Origin: Takakia lepidozioides
Taxonomy: Eukaryota > Plantae > Bryophyta
NCBI GenBank assembly: GCA_030704615.1
Contig: CM060731.1
Coordinates: 41,912,001-41,976,000, forward strand
Direction: 5' to 3'
DNA length: 64,000 nucleotides
Below are positions 44,490 through 59,003 of this stretch, in pieces. The position numbers were made by a program, and so were the translations under genes. Position 1 is the first letter of the stretch. Every line of letters starts with the position of its first letter. The notes under the pieces were generated by a model, which saw only the letters and a list, made by a program, of their open reading frames with translations, was not told the DNA's origin and made no database searches.

Positions 44490-47400
44490 TGATAAGCTAA
44501 CAACTAAGAAGCTGCTGGTGTCCTTAGCCAATGTTCACTCGCATTCTACTACAATGTAGACCATGAATCAACACTAAATTCCGTAACTGGATTGTTCATC
44601 AGCTGCGTATGAGTATTTTCATTGAAGCTAGTCAGCTCAACCACTCTCCCCTGGGTGGGCTTGCTGACCCTGGCAGGCCTGCCAACATTGTTGACCAAAT
44701 CATTTATGAAGATGTCGGGACACACATCTATTGTGTTCTCCTTCACGATTTACTCTTAGGTGCTGCGATTCTCCCCTCCTTGATTGGCCCATAGATCTGA
44801 AGACTTGTTGTCGAGGAGGTGCAGCTTGGTGTCCTGGCTTTTTGCAGATCCAGGTTGTCTTTCTTAGTTGGCTACAGCTAGCCTTATAGGCTGTCTTGGT
44901 TTACCTTCGCCTGTTCCTGGTATGTTAGTCTTGGCATTGTTACCTGTTCCAGGCTTGTTCCTTTTCCCCTGTCATCCTGATCAGATTGGTTGGGTGGCTT
45001 GCCTTGTCTGTTAGATTGTCTTTCAAATCCCTGGGAGGTAGTTAGCTTGGTTGGGTTCACTTTCTGGTTAGCCAACATTGACTGGCTGCTGGTTGTTCTT
45101 GATGTGAGGTTTTACCTTTATAGGGTTCACTGGGGGTGCTTCCGCTTCTCAAGGAGACAGAGGGATGGGCTCTACAAACAGGGGGATAAGTTCCCAATTT
45201 CTTTGAAGAAGTTACTTGGTTGAGACCAAATATGCATTTTCCTGTTTTCCCTATGCAATTGCTGTGTCAGTGGCTGTTCATGCTCCTCATGAGCAGCCAG
45301 AAGGGGCACACTTCTTCCAACTACTGTCTACATATCCTTGTGCTCTAGGCCGTTCTAAGTGTTGTGTCTCTGCCACAATTTCCCAACTCTTCTCTAGCAC
45401 AGTGCCGAAAACAAATTCAAGTGCAGCTGTGTTGGACGAGGAAGGCACATCCTCCAGGTTGAAGTTGGAAACAACGGCCTTTACTGTGCATCCCACAGGC
45501 CCGATATTGAACCCAGATTGGGCCCAGCAACATGTTCTGCACACACTTACGAGCTTCGCAATGAGTAAGGGTTGAAACATCACCTGAATGACAAGATTGA
45601 GGCTCTTGCACCTCTCACGGATGCCGAGCTGCAGGAGAGAGATATCCGAGCATTAAACGCCAAAGAGTCTGAGAGGGGGGGAAAAGAAAAGGGGAAGGAG
45701 GGGAAGGAGGCCATTCTCTCGCAGCCTACACTAACCCCCCTCTGGGCTTGCACAGTCAGTGGCTCAAGAGAAGCCGAAGAAGGATAGGAGAAACCCCAAA
45801 AGATAGTGGAGCTTCCATATGATGCCTGTCCCCACCCCTCCAGAGTTATTGGGCAATTCCAAATAAAGACTGTGAATGAAGTCAGCCACTTGGGACTCTA
45901 GCCTCTTTCCTCACACTGGTATTGTCTCCATCTGCCTTCAAGTGTATGCCTTCTCCTGTTGGGTTATTCCTTTCGAAAGTCACTCTAATTCTCCTTCAAT
46001 TGTTCTCAGGCTGCCAAAGCTCCGTCATGGGTGAACGGTGAACAGAAAGCTTTTGCCGGCTTGGGACGACCGGTACTGGGCCTGGATTTTTAAGTTTTGC
46101 GAGGCTTTCTTTGGCAGACAATGGTGCCTTATTCTGTAGGCAGCTATGCCGAGTGCCAGAGGCAGCTGGCAAGTTTCCTCAGGTCGGCAGGGATGAAATT
46201 GTCAAGACAGTCTGCCTCTTACGAAAGGAGACTTTCCAAACCAGAAGGTGCAATGCTAACAGTTTATATGGAATAATCCTCCCGATTTTTTAATGTTTTG
46301 AGTTTCCAATTCCCAGGTTGAGGTTGATGGTTGAGGTTGAGGTTTTGAGGTTATTTTTGAGTTCCAATTTCAGTTTCAGTTTCAGTTGTCTTCGAGGTTC
46401 AATTCTTTCTCGTGGGTTGTTCATAGTAGTCAGTTTGTTTGGTTTTGAGTTCGGAGGGCTTCATTGCATATGTTGTTTCTGCCGATATGTGCTTTTGATG
46501 CGCATTGCCTTGTCCGTGTGCACCCTGATTCCGCTCCTTCCTTTATAAAAAGTTTGCAATTTGGGATGGGGGGGCCCACAGTGACCCTTGGTGCGATCCT
46601 GTGGATGATGATTTCATCTACAATTACATTGATTCGAATTGCACCATGAGGAGTGTGTTCCTTGGAGAGGTGCCAGGGAGAAGAGCCCGACGTTTATGCA
46701 AACTCTCATTGAGTCTTGTAGCCACCACGGTACCCGGGTAATTGACCTCTCCCTTTCTACAGGTATATAGTACTTCTTATCGTATTGTATTAATTTCGGG
46801 TTTGTTGTTTCGGATTTCCATCTCTCATTTCTTTTGTCTTCTCTTCTGCAGGGGCTTCTTTCCATGGCTGCAAGGCAGCAGGGAGACATCTCTTTGCATT
46901 CGAGGGGGATTCAGATTTGTATGCAGGTGTCATAGCTCCTCTACACGAGGGATCGTCTTCCGCGACTCAAACTGACACTGTTGTCATTCCGGAGCCCTCG
47001 TCTCCTGGTGATATGGACATTGAGGACAGTTGTCTCTGTGAGTAGGTCTAAGCTGAGTCATGGTTGTTTGATTTGAATCGCAATTGTATACTCTTGCTAT
47101 CTTGAGCTACATGATATTGGTTATGGTATGCCCTGTATTGCAGGAGCCCTCATCCATTCGCGCGGACTGTCCCTTTCTTTGCCAAGGCAGATTTTTTTTC
47201 CAGTCCTTCAGAATCTTTTCGCTTACCAGTTTACGCGGAGGCTACAGCTAGGCAGTTCAGTGTCCTTTCATCCCCACTAGCAGAGGTCCTCCATGAGGGA
47301 CGTGCAGGTTTCCGGTGGAGTGGGGTGGGGAGAGATCCGTAGATTGGTGGGTGGTTCTTTTTCTGGAAGGCTAATCGGCCTGTCATGGGCTCCCGTGGTG

Positions 47401-47604
47401 TGTGACGGTGCACACATATGAGTGGGCTCTGTGTTGATAACGAGGGATTTGGAGTCAGCTCAGAAATGGAGTTGGAGAGGCTAGAATCTTCATAAATAGC
47501 ACTGCTTCTGTCTCGGACTGTAACTATTTGAGTAACACTGCACCATCATCTTCCTTTGGATGAGCTTTTGTACCTTGTTTAGCATGCAGTAAAAATATAT
47601 ACAA

Positions 47605-50600
47605 TATATTTATTTATTTATTTAATGGAACGGTACAGAGGCCCTTTTAGTCAAATTAATTAAAAGAAGATGTCACAGCGGTGGAAAAAATAACCACCCA
47701 GAAGGCCGTGGAGGCCTACTAAGGGGGAACATCCCTGTGGCCGTAGCGAACATGCTAACAGTAGATAAGGAGGGAGTGAATAAAGGTAAAGCAGAGGTTG
47801 CGAGAGAGATAACTTGCTATTCTAGGGCAGGTTGAAAGAGCAGTAAGAAAGATCTTATGCAAGAGAGACTTGTATGCATTGTTCCGAGAATGGTTTAGAT
47901 TTGAGAGGTAGCTAGCTATTCCGTGAGATAAGAGCACTAAAATGATGCGAAGATGAGGTGTGGTTCTGATCCGGAGTTGACGAGATGAGAAGACAAGGAG
48001 CTGGAGCAGATCTGCGGTGGCAATGTGAAGACAGATTCAGCACTTCAGAACTTGAGCTGAGTTCTAAATTTGGGATCTCGACTTTTCTTATGCCGCCAAT
48101 TGAAGTCTGCTTCGTCTCCATCACCAGGGGACTTCCCATTGAGGGGGGATTGATTTATTCCAGGTAAAGTGCATGTTGGGTAGACTGGTGCCGAGCAAGT
48201 TGCCTTTGCCCCAGGAGTCGGCGAAATCTTGAAGCAGCTTCCTCCCTCGTTGCTCCAAAGTTCTGGGAAGAGCTGCACAGACAGTGTCCCACGCTTTTCT
48301 CCCCTCAGTTAACAGATCAAAATAAATGTGAAAGAGGATTGATCTGCCCCAGGGGGCTTTTCCTTCATAAACCCAATTGCATCTGGCTTTCCATAGATTC
48401 CACAGGGTATGGGCTCTAAGAGTGTTCCATACCGGACAAACACTCATTGTTAGACCAGTCTGGAAATTTAAAAGCAGAGAGATGGAGGAGAAGGGGTTGG
48501 GAAAGAAGCCCAATGAGAGTAGAACGAGAGAACCCGCTCCCAGATTCTACTTGCAAGATTGCAGGACAGCAGACAATGTTGTATGGTTTCCGCGTGGGAA
48601 TGGCATAGAGTACAGGTAGGGTTATCCTCATGCGTTCGCTGCCTGACAGGAATTATTCTGTGAACGAGCTTCCATAGAAAGCCTGATATCTTTGCAGGCC
48701 TGTGTTTCCTCCACACGTCTTTCCATATCTTGTTCCAAATCCTTTGGGTAAGGCTGTTGCCCCATTTTGCAGACCATTTACCTCTAAAGGATTGTGGCGG
48801 GCAGGCCAGGGAGTACCCTTTCTTCACTGTGTTTCCAAAGAAAGGGGTTTTCTTCTTGTCCATCCATTTCCACTCCCCTGGGTCAAACTGCAGATCTTCC
48901 AAGGGGCACATGAGAAACCAGGTGAGTGTTTCAAGGCGGGCCCATTGAGCCTCCATCCCTTGAGGTGGCAAGGGGTTTACATTTCTTGCCATCAAGCACC
49001 CGTATGTGGAACAAGTTTGTTTTAGGAACCTCCATCATTCCTGTATAAGAGAGGTCACCCTCACAATCAGTGTGAAACCCCAGTCCAAATGCGATTGGTC
49101 CCTGAGTTTCTATGACCAGAATGGTTGTCTTTTCATTTCCTCGGTTGCAAGCCATCTAGACAGGAGCCATCCAAATCCGAGCTTGCTGCTCCAGCAGTGG
49201 GGTCATGTATTGCGGGATATTGGCCAGGAGAGCGCCCCAGGCCTTGGATCTCCTCCTGCCAAAGATTGCAGATATGGCTTCTTCTGTAAGGAAATTTTCC
49301 CCTGAGCGCAATGCTGCAATGTGAGTGAAACCCTGCCTCTCCCAGGAAGCCCAGCGAGGGGTTTGCGTGAGCAAGACAGCAGAGTCCATGTTGTAGTTTG
49401 CGAATAGGGGTTGCCGAAGACATTCCTGCCGGCTGGCTGGCATTCTTTGGGTAAGGTTACCCCTGATACTTTGCTAGGCTCTCCAGATAGATTGCCAGGG
49501 TCTGGAGCCAAGAGCCATTGCCGCATTTTTGCGTTGAACAATCCATCTAAGCGATTGAGCCCAAAGATTGGATGTTTTTGGCACAGAGCCCATCAGGTAA
49601 GGTTGAATTAGCTTACTCCAAGGGGAGTTTCTATGAGTGATGGCTCTGGGAATCCATTTTGCTAGCAAGGCCTTTATTTGAGCTGTAGGATCAATGATTC
49701 CCAAACCACCCTCGGTTTTTTTCTGGCATAGTTGATCCCATGATAGTAGTGCTCGTCTCACTTGTGTGACTTTGGTGGCTCCCCAAATGAAGTTTCGGGT
49801 GAGAGCTTTAATCTCCTTGAGCATCGTTGAGTCTGGGTTCCATACTGCCGCGAAGAACCACAGTGAAGCCTGCAGAATCTGGTTAGCTACAAGGGAGAGC
49901 ATTGCCGAGCACCAGTATGCCAGTTTTCTTTTATATTTTGCCAGCACCTCCTTCATTCTGCTTTGCTGTGTCATATTTAAACCCATCTCATGCCCTAGCA
50001 GAGTGTGTGCTTCTCCCTCTTGCAACCACCTCAACCCGATGTCAGCTCCCCAAGGTTGACAATGTGTCACACCTGAGCCGTCTTGCAGCTGGGACAAGAT
50101 CTCGATTGACTTTTTCCAGTTTATCTTCAGCCCGGAACCCAGGCAAAAGGTGCACAAAGTATGAAGAGCTCTATCAATGTTGCTTATGGTGGAATTATCA
50201 AGCAGCAAAACTGTGTCATCTGCGTACATAGATAATTTGAGCATCTCCGGTAGGAGAGTTGGCAGGTGTAGCCCAATGATGTCCACTCGGTGGTCAAGCA
50301 AGTGACCCAGGGAGTCTGCAGCTGTTAAATAGAAAAGGGGCCAAGGGGCACCCTGAACCCAGGAAAGAAACGGGCCTCCAAGCCCTGTCTTCTCCAAAGC
50401 TCCTATCAGAAATGTCATGCCTTTTCAAAATCTAGCATAAGAAATGCCAAAGGTTGATTGTTCACCTGAGCTCTGTGCAGGGCCTCATGCGCCAAAAGGA
50501 TGTTGTCTAGAATCATGCGATCCTTGAGAAAGCCTGTTTGGTTTTTCCTTATCATCTTTGACAGCATAGGTTGCAGCCTCAATGCAAGGGCCTTTGCTAT

Positions 50601-51930
50601 AATTTTGTAGGTGGAGTTCAACAAAGTAATAGGGCGGTAATTGGCCATATCCTCCCTATCTCCCTTCTTGAAAATGAGAGTGACAAGTCCTTCAGAAATC
50701 TGTGATGGCATAATCTTCTTTTCAAGGATGTCATTGGCCATGAGCAGGTATTCTTCCCCAAGGGTCTGCCACATTGCTTTGAAGAGCTCTACAGGGAGGC
50801 CATCGCCTGGAGATTTCTGGGATGCCATGGATTCCACCGCTTTCCCGAGTTCCTCCATGGAGAATGGTTCAGCCAAAATTGCTTTGTCCCTTTGCGAGAT
50901 TGCGCAGGGAACGTGCTGCAGCAGGGTTGCTGTGGCCTGGTCTTTTAGGAGAGATGGATTTTGTTTTTGAAAGAGGTTTTCGAAGTAACCAGCGGCCACA
51001 GAAGCCATTGTCCTAGGATTGTCCACCAGTCGACCTGTGGCTGAATCTCGCAGGTCCGGAACAAGGGTTGCAGATCGCCTTTGAGCTGTTTTGATGAAGA
51101 AGTATTTATTCATCTTTTCGCCTTTGAGTGACCAGTTGACTCCTGCCTTGATCCTCATGAACTCTTCCTTGGCATGCAGCAGTAGGGACAAATTCTGTTT
51201 GGCAGTTTTGTATGAAAACATTGTGTAGGGGCCCTCATGTCCAGTCTGCAATTGATACTGGCAAACCTCTAGGCACTTCGTGAGGGCTTTCTGCCTCCTG
51301 TTGGAATCCTCTGCTTTTTCCCTTGAGATTGCCTGGCATTTGTTCCTGAGTATTTCGAGCTTTGTCAGGAAGCGCACAGTTGGTGAGGTGAAAGGTGCCT
51401 CCGCAATCGCCCATGTCTGTTGCAGAGATTGAATGACCTCCTGGTCTTTGAGGAATGTGGGGTTGAGTTTGAAGAAGCCCCGACCCTTCACTCTGGAGCC
51501 TGGGGTGCTTAGCATCATGTGGACGGAGGCATGATCAAAGCCGGGCTGTATGGGCTGGAGTGGGACTCGCTTAGACCAAGACGCCAGAATTGCTGTACAG
51601 TAGAATCTGTCCAGACGTGCTTGGCAGAGGTTGTTGTTTGTCCATGTGAATTTGAGCTCTCTTTGTTTTGGCATTGTGACATCCAGCAAGCCCACAGTCA
51701 TGCAAAGTGAGTCCAATGAATTCTCTTCTGTTGTCGATATGCCATGAGCAGCTTGTCCCAGCCTGTCTGTATCCTCCTCCACCATGTTGAAATCTCCCCC
51801 CGCTATCCAGTGTTGGATGTTAGTGTGCCGCAGCATCTTGTCCCTGATATGATCCCTCAAAGCCACCCTTTCTTCTCCGTTTGGTGCATAAATGTCAATG
51901 ACACCCACCATACCTAGGGTTTGACCCAGT
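47605..51930 (-). mobile_element. L1-clade LINE, ORF2 degenerate, 5'-truncated
   Basis: APE IYAPN/GGDFN/RLDRFY/DH; RT YRPITLLN, LDFEKA, YADD; CTLCHSHAETIQHCLLSC; (TAAA)n tail at ~47610-47625; several frameshifts. Confidence 0.9.
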
Positions 51931-52819
51931 GAGAGGGTAGATTTTAGAATTTAGAAGAGAATCGGGGGGTAGTTGGATGCTGCGGATGCAGCAGAAGCAG
52001 TGAGAAGTAGTGAGAAGAATGATACTTCAGTTGATGTTGAGGGAACACCTTGAAGCAAATGAAAAGCGTGTGGGTAGAGGAGACAGATAGATACTAGTGC
52101 GTGGTAGATATGAAGTGAGCATGTAGTTTGTATCACCCAATGGGTTATGGTTACTTCCCTGTCGAATTCTTCAGACCAGGGTGTTGAGCATGTGATGGAA
52201 GCAGGCCCAGCCCCATTTGTTGCTCTTCCGCCTTTGTGCCGTCATTCATAAATCGCACCTGTAAACTTGGCAGGAATGCGTAGCCCTTTCTTGTGATCAC
52301 TGCTTCAGTGTCAGTTGTAGTGACCAGAGGGGGCAATGCGCCAGTAGCAGGGTGGCCCATTAAGTGGAGTGAAGCGAAGATGTGGAGAGTGAGAAGGAAG
52401 GATGCTTTGTGAAGGTTATGAATGAATGATCGTCTCTGTGAGAAGTTAGAGATGAGTGCAGGTGATCGTAAGTTTGATGAACGTTGGGTCTTGGCGTACC
52501 TGAGTCCATCTTTGAATACACATATCATTGCTTAAGAAGATAGGGGGGAAGAAAGCTGCCAAGTCCCTGGGCTCACTTACCGCAAACTGCGGAGCGACAC
52601 CCCGGTCCCCATTTTTTATCAATGTCTTCCCATCTTGGTTTGTTGGCCCTGCCTTTACCAATGCAGGACCATGCAAATAGAAAAACCTGCATAGCTTTAT
52701 AAAAAGACCCAAGTGGGGTGACTGTACAAATGGGTGTAATTGTCCCCAAGAGAAAACAACCAAAGCTCGTAGAGCTAGATATATTAACACAAAGAAAAGA
52801 AATCAGACTATTCTAGTAT

Positions 52820-55110
52820 CACCTACAGCTCTGAAGAAGGTCAGACAACAGGAAAGAGGGTGGATCAGAGAGTGCGGGGAGGTGAGATGAAGTTGCCCCA
52901 GCAACCTCTGCCCGACATGAAATAGATTGAGCTTAAGCCTTTTGCAAAGCAACAGAAACTCGTTGTCTAAAGAAAGCTACAAGAACAGAGGCGTATGGGC
53001 TTCCAAGGCTTTTGTTTTCCGTTTGCACGATGGGCACATATGCGAAGGAACTCGTTGAACTGATGATGCAAACAACCAAAGATCTCGACTGCCAAAGGAG
53101 TGAATGTGTCTGTGGAATGACATGCCCGATAGTCATGCTCCTTTCCTTGTGCAACTACTGAAGCGGCAACTCCGTGTGATGAGGATGTGCGGGGCAGGAG
53201 ATCCGACCTAGTAGGATCATCGATGACAACGTCCGCCAATGTACGCAGTCCGTCCTATGAGAGAACAATGTCAACCCGTCGTCGAGTGGAATGGTGATCA
53301 TGGGTCGATGGGAGTATGTGCACCTGCTCTCGAATGACATGTATCCTAGCATCACCAGCAACTGCAGCTGCTGCATCCCAGACGATGTCATGGGTCGCAG
53401 TTCGTTCTCCACCGCAGAGGCAACGAAAAAGATGTACGTCAAGTGAATCGAGAGGATGACAACAAACACACTATTGTAGTCCTAACATGGAGGGATGCGG
53501 AAGACCCAGTCGAACTCGTAAGGAGGTGGTAAATACAACAGAAGACATACGGAAAAGACGCGTTCCATGATGGTATCCTATAAATGCTGCAGACCTTGAG
53601 TGACCAACTGTTCAAAGGGTGGCAGACAAGCCCGTGCTTATGTTGGGATGAGATCTCGCGCTGAACGAAGATGTTGCTGAAAGGACAAAGAGCCATCATC
53701 GATGTGGGCAACCACCTCCAGAGAAAAGAGTGTTGTTGACACAGAAACCGAGATGCCAAGGCTAGAGCGACTAAAGCCCAACTACCTAGGAAGGCAACAG
53801 GGGCAGTGACGACTGTGGATAGTAAACCCACTCCTCCAGAAGAGATCGGGAGGGTAGCTTGACGACATGCCAAGGGCCCCTGCTCACTATCAAATGCACC
53901 TGGGCCTAATAGTCGACCAAAAATCCCCCTAACAGTCGTATCAAAAGAAGACAGAAGCTCCACAAATTGGGGAGTGGGGGGGAAACATCGCAAAAAATAA
54001 GAAGGTCGTTGTAAAAAGCATTTAGTGAGAATGCCATGGGCTACCTGCATATCCACTAGTTTGGGAAGAAGCTCTATATGGCTTGTATCTTGTAGCAAAG
54101 CGTCTTGGAGGAAAGATGTTGTGTAAGGGGTAGTACCAAAGGGAACATCTAACACTCGAATACCCTCAGATGGTGCTAGAAAGTCGACAGGGGGCATGAA
54201 ATTTGAAGGCAGACCAGAGAGTGACAAACTGTGGATTTGCGAGGTTGAACAGTGAGCCCAAGAAAGTGAAGTTGGGTAGCAAAGTGATGGAAAGCCAAAA
54301 GGATATTAGTGGGAGGGCCAGTGATGTGGGTATCATCAACAATAGAAGGAAATATATAGGATTGGAAGGCTTGCGAAAATGAGCGGAGGGCTCGGAAGTG
54401 GGCAAAAGCAAAAAGAGGTCCTCCTAATGGATCGCTCTGACGGGTTCATACTTCGGACTAGATTATAGTAAGATCTCCGGTACGGATGTGATGACTGTAA
54501 AGCAAAAGGGTGGAGGAAGCATAAAACAATCTCACAAAGGGAATGAGTTGATGGCATGCGTCGCCGGCTGATCGTAGTTCCTGAAATATTGCTGATCTAG
54601 ACACCGTGTTGAAGGCGTTGGTCACATCCACCTGAAGGACGACCCAATCTGGATGAAGGTCAAGGGAAGCCCGAATCCCATGCACCACTGCTTCACAACC
54701 TCCCGGAGTAGCGACCCCAAACTGATGTGGAGAAAAGTGAGAAGAAAAGACCTCTCGAAACTGGATGCAGATAAAGCAGCTCACCAAGCGATACAGAACC
54801 TCCCATACTGCAAAAGGATGAATCCCACCTGTGTTCTTAGACGTGGCCAAGAGCCATGCTGCTCCAATCAAATGTGCTACTGGGGTAGGTATGTGTCCCA
54901 TGGCAATGAAAGAGCAAACTTGGAACAGCTGGGAAAAGCCACTAGCAGAGTCATGTGGATTGAGACAGTCACGGAGATGTTCATACACCAAACCAGACAG
55001 ACCGACCGCTGCAAGATGTGGGCTACGAGGGAATGCTTGAATGAAAGTATCGCGATCCAATTGAAGGTCCTCATTAGGTTCAAAGTCCTCCACAAAAGAA
55101 GGAACTTGGA
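52820..55110 (-). mobile_element. CRE-like (restriction-like endonuclease) non-LTR retrotransposon, RT and RLE part, degenerate
   Basis: RT GGIHPFAVWEVLYRL, PHQFGV, LQVDVTNAFNTVSR; LPISSGGVGL; RLE-like ADVVIDDPTR...KEHDY...FTPLAVEIFG. Confidence 0.75.
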
Positions 55111-56959
55111 TGTACTGCATTTTTTGTACTTTGTCCCATGGGACGTTATAAAGCTTATTTACTACTATCTATCTTTCGCTCTTCTTTCTCTTTCATTAGG
55201 CACTCCGGCTCTATATTGGAAGAATGGGACTCAGTCGAGTTTGACTCTTTCAATGTCCCGGACGGGTAATGGGCAGGGGAGGGATGAAGACCAGGAGGAT
55301 ATAGACCTTTCCGCATCCCACGGAGCAAGCGGCGATCTTTCCGGAAATGCTCAGCTCAAAATACAGCAAACAATGCCCAAAGACAGTTTGTGAGAGAAAG
55401 TACAGAGTATATCCCTCGCGCAAATTGTAGGCTCAAGAACCAGTTGTTGGGTTACAGCCGAGAGATTTTGAGCTACTCTGTTATCATGCTCTCTATTTGA
55501 TTCTTCTCTTGGGTGGGTTGAAGGTGTGGTGGCCTTTCTCTGAAGTATTTCATTGGAAGCATTGGGCTTAGGGGCGCACTTAGCAACAGGGGCCAATGAG
55601 ATACTGCAGCACAGGGAAGTGGCCTTAGGTGGAATTCCGACCCTGTTGTCTTACACAACACAGAGAGGACAAATCTGAAGTAGGGCACCCCAACCAGGAG
55701 ACACCCGGGAAGGGTTTCAGCAAGCCTGTGAAAGCATTTCCCGGGGGCTGGAAAGGACTACAACTTCTCTTTTGGGGAATCCACTAAAAGTGTATCAGAG
55801 GGGGGCTGGAGCTGGCGTGGCTGTTGCTAGTGCCTTACGGGCTGCCCCGGCAGCTGCGGTGGCCCCTGCATCTGCAGCTGCTGGAGCTGTTCATCGTGCA
55901 CTATTGGAGTTCGCAATGGGTACTTGTTCTTGCACTTTTTGTCACTGATATTCATCTGTTTTATAGAATGTGAAGGGTGCATGTTGCCGCATGTCCTTCC
56001 ATGCAAGCGTACTGTAGGCGATGATAATTACATCCGACTCTTATGGAGCTATAGGTAATCAGGGCATATGGGTTTCAGAGTGGATAGCTCAATTTTACTC
56101 TTGACTGTTTCGTAAGCCTTTTCGGGGTGTGTGGTGTGTTAGGACTACCATGGTAAGATAAGGTCACAAGCTATGAGTGATGACACTTGTTTTCTGCTGT
56201 GCAGGCAAGTTGACCCGGAACATAAACGAGAGTCAGATGAGAAGCATGCAGGGCCGCCTCCTGAAATTAAAAGAAGTAGATGACCCACAATCAAAGTCTA
56301 CTCTGGAGCTGAAGTTTTCACTTGAAGTCACGGTGGGTAGATTGACACTTAGATTAGTACATCCTCTTTCACCATAGGTTATTCCCTAACTGCGACTTGA
56401 TGGTGAAAGTCAGTCAAATGAACTTGTCATGAAGTAGCTTTTTCTTCAAGATTTGTAAATAAGATAGGCCAAATGTACTACAAACCTTCATGACTTTGGG
56501 TACCCCTCATGGATTCTATTTGTCCGGTTGGGTGCATGTTAGACAAAAGTTGTGGGACTACGTAGTTCCTTCAAAACTAGGTCTGTCAGGAGGAGGGTGC
56601 CAGTGGCCCTATCCTATTGTGTCTTCCAAAAAGCTTTTTGGGGGCCAAGTATGAGGCTAGAGAGTTGTACATTATTATGATTTTGATGATCAATAAATTC
56701 AAATTCTTTTTCATGGGATCCAAGCCCACCTTGTCAATATGATGTATTTGGATGTCTCATTGCAGGGAAGTTTTCACATCGGTGTTTTGTGCAGACAGAT
56801 GTGGGAAGTAAGAGAGGGTGGAAAGAGTGAGTCAGACAGGCACTGACCCCCCCACATATCTTGCATAACCATTCCGTCCTTAGAGCAAGTGGGCACCAAA
56901 AGTGAGATCTTGAAAGGTACTAATTCGAGGCACTTCAACTCAGTAGTCATTGCAATGGG

Positions 56960-57640
56960 GGAACCTTTTTCTGCATTGGGGTGGAGATTCTCCAAAGCTG
57001 TAACAGTATCAGCCGAAGGTGGTGTTGGGGTAAGAAGAGCAAAAGTTCGAGCTGCACGGGAATACTGTCCTGCCCGGCCTAGCATAAGACTCCGACGAAG
57101 ACGCATGTGGATGGAGGGAGGGCCTGGTGTGGGCTATCATGAGCTATTCGTGCCGCAAGTGCTTGTGCACGTAGATAATGTTCGTCTTGAAGGGTTTCCC
57201 AGTCCCCAGAGAGAAATATATGAAGACGGGCACGCGTCTCTCGATGTCCGGATTCACCACCACATGGAGGCAAAACTAGACACCATAGAGGAAAAAGCAG
57301 TACGCGAAAAGCATGTTGTACCTCTCTGTGAAGCGCCATTGGCATGCGTGTATAGAGCCGGGGACGGGGCAAACCCAAATGTAATGCTCCGAAAACATCG
57401 AAGGTCACAATCCAAAGCCATGCCTGAGCAGAAGGAGTCACGAACGGGGTAGGCAAATGACTGTCCGGAGCATACTGATGGAGTGTAGAACACGTGTGCC
57501 GATGACGCGCAAGCCCCCTGATACGGGCAAACATCCGACCACAACCTGGACAAGGCACTCGGTCTGGTGGAGAAGATGGTGGTGCTGGTGGTGGGAGATA
57601 AGATGGAGCAAAAGAGTTTAGGAGTCTCCAGGTTTTCACA
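56960..57640 (-). mobile_element. N-terminal part of CRE-like element with C2H2-like zinc finger
   Basis: CPGCGRMFARIRGLARHRHTC and GQYSRAART...DTVTALENLHP, the segment expected just before the region starting at ~55110. Confidence 0.6.
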
Positions 57641-58549
57641 GAACCATTCGATGAGGGGCAGATATATGATGAAGTAGGTGGATGAAATCTGTTGATGAAA
57701 ATGAAGTTTGTGCATGAAGTTCTTGATTTTCATTCACATTCCCATGCTGACCACAATAGTTTCCATTCTAAAGTACAAAATTTGCTAACTACAAAGAGAG
57801 TCCCAATTTGGGGCAAAGGGTTTCTGGATGGTGTTATCAATTTTAAAATTAAATCAAAGACGTGTAGATAGAATATTCCATCCATATATAGATGAAATGT
57901 GTAAATATGATGTCGTTCATCCAGTCAAGTTGGTGCGTGTGGTCAAGAGAATGGCGCAAATTTAGGAATTCATGCAGCACAAGATGTTCTATACAAAAGT
58001 GCCCACTTGGATTAGTGTATACAATTTGGGATCACTTTAGAACCAACTAGGGTAGCCAGTACCGTTGGCCCAAGTGTCCAAAGTCATCCAAGTCATCAAA
58101 GTCTAATCATTTGCTATTTTTTGTGAATTTCTAGAGACCAAAACTACTTGAAATTCAACATCTCCCACACCGTTGGTCCAAAAATCATGAGACCAAGCCG
58201 GTGCACCCTTCCTCATCGAGGGCTTTCCAACGGTACCAAGCACTCAGGGTGGGGCCCCGCAGTTTGGGACATCTCAACTCTACAAAACAAACAAAACAAA
58301 ACAAAACAAACATCTCGATTCATATATTGTTAACTTCTACAACAAGGTAGGGCTTGCAGGCTTCCGTATATATCAATAAACTAAAAAATAACTTACATGC
58401 AAACTTCAACTTGTCATAGTACATATTTCAAATTTACGCATTTGCACTTATCCACAATAGGCTTCATTTGAGGCAGCAAGAGAAGGCTCATTTCATCCTG
58501 ATCACTTTATTTCCTTATTCATCCATCAATAGTAGTTTTTCAGTACTCT

Positions 58550-59003
58550 GTTGTTGCTGTCACTCAAGTAGCAACTCGTGCTCCTGAGCCAAGAGGAGTG
58601 GATGTGGATTTTGATCCACAAAGAGGGAAAACAAGTCGTCAGACAAGGCTTCTACAGTCCTTCACATCGGCTGAGATAATGCGAACTACGTCATCGATGA
58701 CACTCGCTCACCCAAGTGTGTTAAAGGTAAAGTCACAAGTGTCATTGGGGAGAGTTGGTGTAGCTCGGAAAATGCCAGTGGGTAGTGCTGCAAAGCAAGG
58801 TGTAGCCAGTACATTATTGGAGACGGCTACCACAATTGTCAAGCTCCATTGTTTTCTGCAATGACCATTGCAATGTTCAGCTGCAATATTTAGACTAGCA
58901 GCTACACTCAGTGAAAGTGGTGATGCATTGGCACTGTCTGCGGGGATAGTAGATAAGGTGTAGTCCATGGATGCCCTGGATTCAATGGTGTAGACAGCCA
59001 CAC
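58550..59003 (+). mobile_element. Fragment of the PHD-Gypsy family (pre-protease region)
   Basis: Nucleotide match to ~5325-5785 (DVDFDPQRG...GRVGVARKMPVG). Confidence 0.85.

Noticed and set aside
44560-47600. Possible genes downstream of the PPR-DYW gene
   Set aside because: Only short ORFs without recognisable domains; probably decayed LINE or other repeat sequence that I cannot classify.
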